Source: a virus
DNA: 64,000 bases
Direction: 5' to 3' (one strand)
Virus record (IMG/VR): IMGVR_UViG_3300038393_001444
Location: 30,345-94,344 of that record
Positions 63,054 through 64,000 of this stretch are shown one piece after another. The stretch's first letter is position 1. Each line of letters opens with the position of its first letter. The notes under the pieces were generated by a model that did not search any database, had not been told where the DNA came from, and worked only from the letters and a program-made list of their open reading frames with translations. The translations under genes and the position numbers were made by a program.

Positions 63054-63420
63054 TTCCCGCATCAGCGCCCGTCTGGCGTCGTTCGCGCGCTTCTTCCGGC
63101 CGGGCTTTCTGATCTGGCTGGACGAGAACTGGCATATCTACCAGCGCTTCGAGTTGCAGGCCCTGGACCTGATCGGCAAGGGCTGGGAGCACTTCAGCGC
63201 GCGCACCATCGTGGAAGAAATCCGGCACTACACCCGCCACGCCGAGCGCGGCAGCGACGCCGCCTTCAAGGTCAACGGCAATTGGGTGCCGGATCTCGGC
63301 CGGGTGTTCACCATCTGCTATCCCGAGCATGCCGGGCTGTGGGAATACCGCCGCCCCGACTGGCGCGAATTCCTGGCCCATATCGAACAATCGAAGAAAG
63401 GAAGGGGCCGCCGTGCCTGA
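63043..63420 (+). CDS. Conserved hypothetical phage protein
   Basis: HFSARTIVE.IR, FKVN.N..P..R.F...YPEH.GL.EYR. Confidence 0.75.
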   Translation: MATNSRISARLASFARFFRPGFLIWLDENWHIYQRFELQALDLIGKGWEHFSARTIVEEIRHYTRHAERGSDAAFKVNGNWVPDLGRVFTICYPEHAGLWEYRRPDWREFLAHIEQSKKGRGRRA

Positions 63421-64000
63421 CAACGAAATCCAGCTGCGCATGCCCACCGAGCTCAAGATGCGCGCCGTGTCCGAGCTCCTGCCCTATGCCCGCAACGCGC
63501 GGACGCACAACGGCGAGCAGATCGAGCAGATCAAGCGCAGCATGCGCGAGTTCGGCTACACCAACCCGGTGCTCACGGCCGGCGACAAGATCCTGGCTGG
63601 CCACGGCCGCGTCATGGCGCTGCAGGAGCTCGGTGTGCGCGTGGTGCCGACGATCGATCTGGCGCACCTGTCCGAGCAGCAGCAGCGTTTGCTTATCCTG
63701 GCGGATAACCAAATTGCGTTGAACGCCGGCTGGGATGAAAAGCTGCTGAAGGTCGAGCTCGCGGATCTGCGCCTGGATGATGCGGATCTGTCGCTCACGG
63801 GCTTTTCCGACGAATTCCTGGCTGACCTGCTGGATGAAGAGCCCGCCGGCCCGGCCGATCCCGATGCCATTCCCGACGTGCCCGAAGTGCCGAGCTCCGA
63901 GCCCGAGCAGGTATGGATCTGCGGCGCGCACCGCGTCATGTGCGGCGACTCCCGCAATGCAGCACTGGACGCGCCTGCTGCAGGGTGAAAAGGGCGATAT
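63413..64000 (+). CDS. ParB N-domain fused to DNA methyltransferase; frameshifted near 63962 and cut by window end
   Basis: LLPYARNARTH, EFGYTNPVL, ILAGHGR, LADNQIALNAGWD, then HRVMCGDS. Confidence 0.8.

Larger units (their letters stand above)
1..64000. mobile_element. Myovirus-type phage/prophage genome segment (probably temperate)
   Basis: Continuous phage gene content: capsid, sheath, baseplate, lysis, recombination, repressor, replication initiator; no host housekeeping genes. Confidence 0.97.

Noticed and set aside
1-64000. tRNA, rRNA, integrase, large terminase and portal genes
   Set aside because: None recognised by eye; terminase and portal probably lie beyond the window edges, and a tRNA scan was not possible
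1-64000. Apparent abundance of GATC/CGATCG words
   Set aside because: Not quantified, and plausibly explained by ATC/GAT/TCG codon preference in a high-GC genome

Overview
The whole window is one high-GC tailed phage (or prophage) genome with a contractile tail. The SSB looks Burkholderiales-like, which suggests a betaproteobacterial host (inference). Left half, + strand (1-33.5 kb): the C-terminal part of a large SNF2/DarB-like helicase, prohead protease, scaffold, major capsid, a block of beta-rich virion appendage genes, neck, sheath, tube, tail chaperones, tape measure with a lytic transglycosylase domain, baseplate, tail fibre and a holin/GH19 endolysin/spanin lysis cassette. Right half: a recombination operon (Cas4-like exonuclease, RecT, Rad50-like ATPase, SSB, RdgC), a CI-like repressor, a replication initiator with internal iterons, many small early genes, then a probable terminase small subunit and a ParB-methyltransferase at the right edge. 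Large terminase, portal and any integrase lie outside the window or are absent. The most striking unannotated signals are: (i) a 12-copy late-promoter motif GTCGTGA-N3-(-10 like hexamer), often followed by an apparently leaderless ATG; (ii) a 15-bp palindromic operator inside five sigma70-type early promoters, alongside a repressor that has lost both self-cleavage residues; (iii) two structured non-coding RNA candidates at 47.6 and 48.5 kb; (iv) a +1 frameshift site TCC-TTT-CGA in the tail chaperone; (v) a 927-aa orphan with a lectin-like module. All product calls come from motif recognition and synteny, not from database searches.
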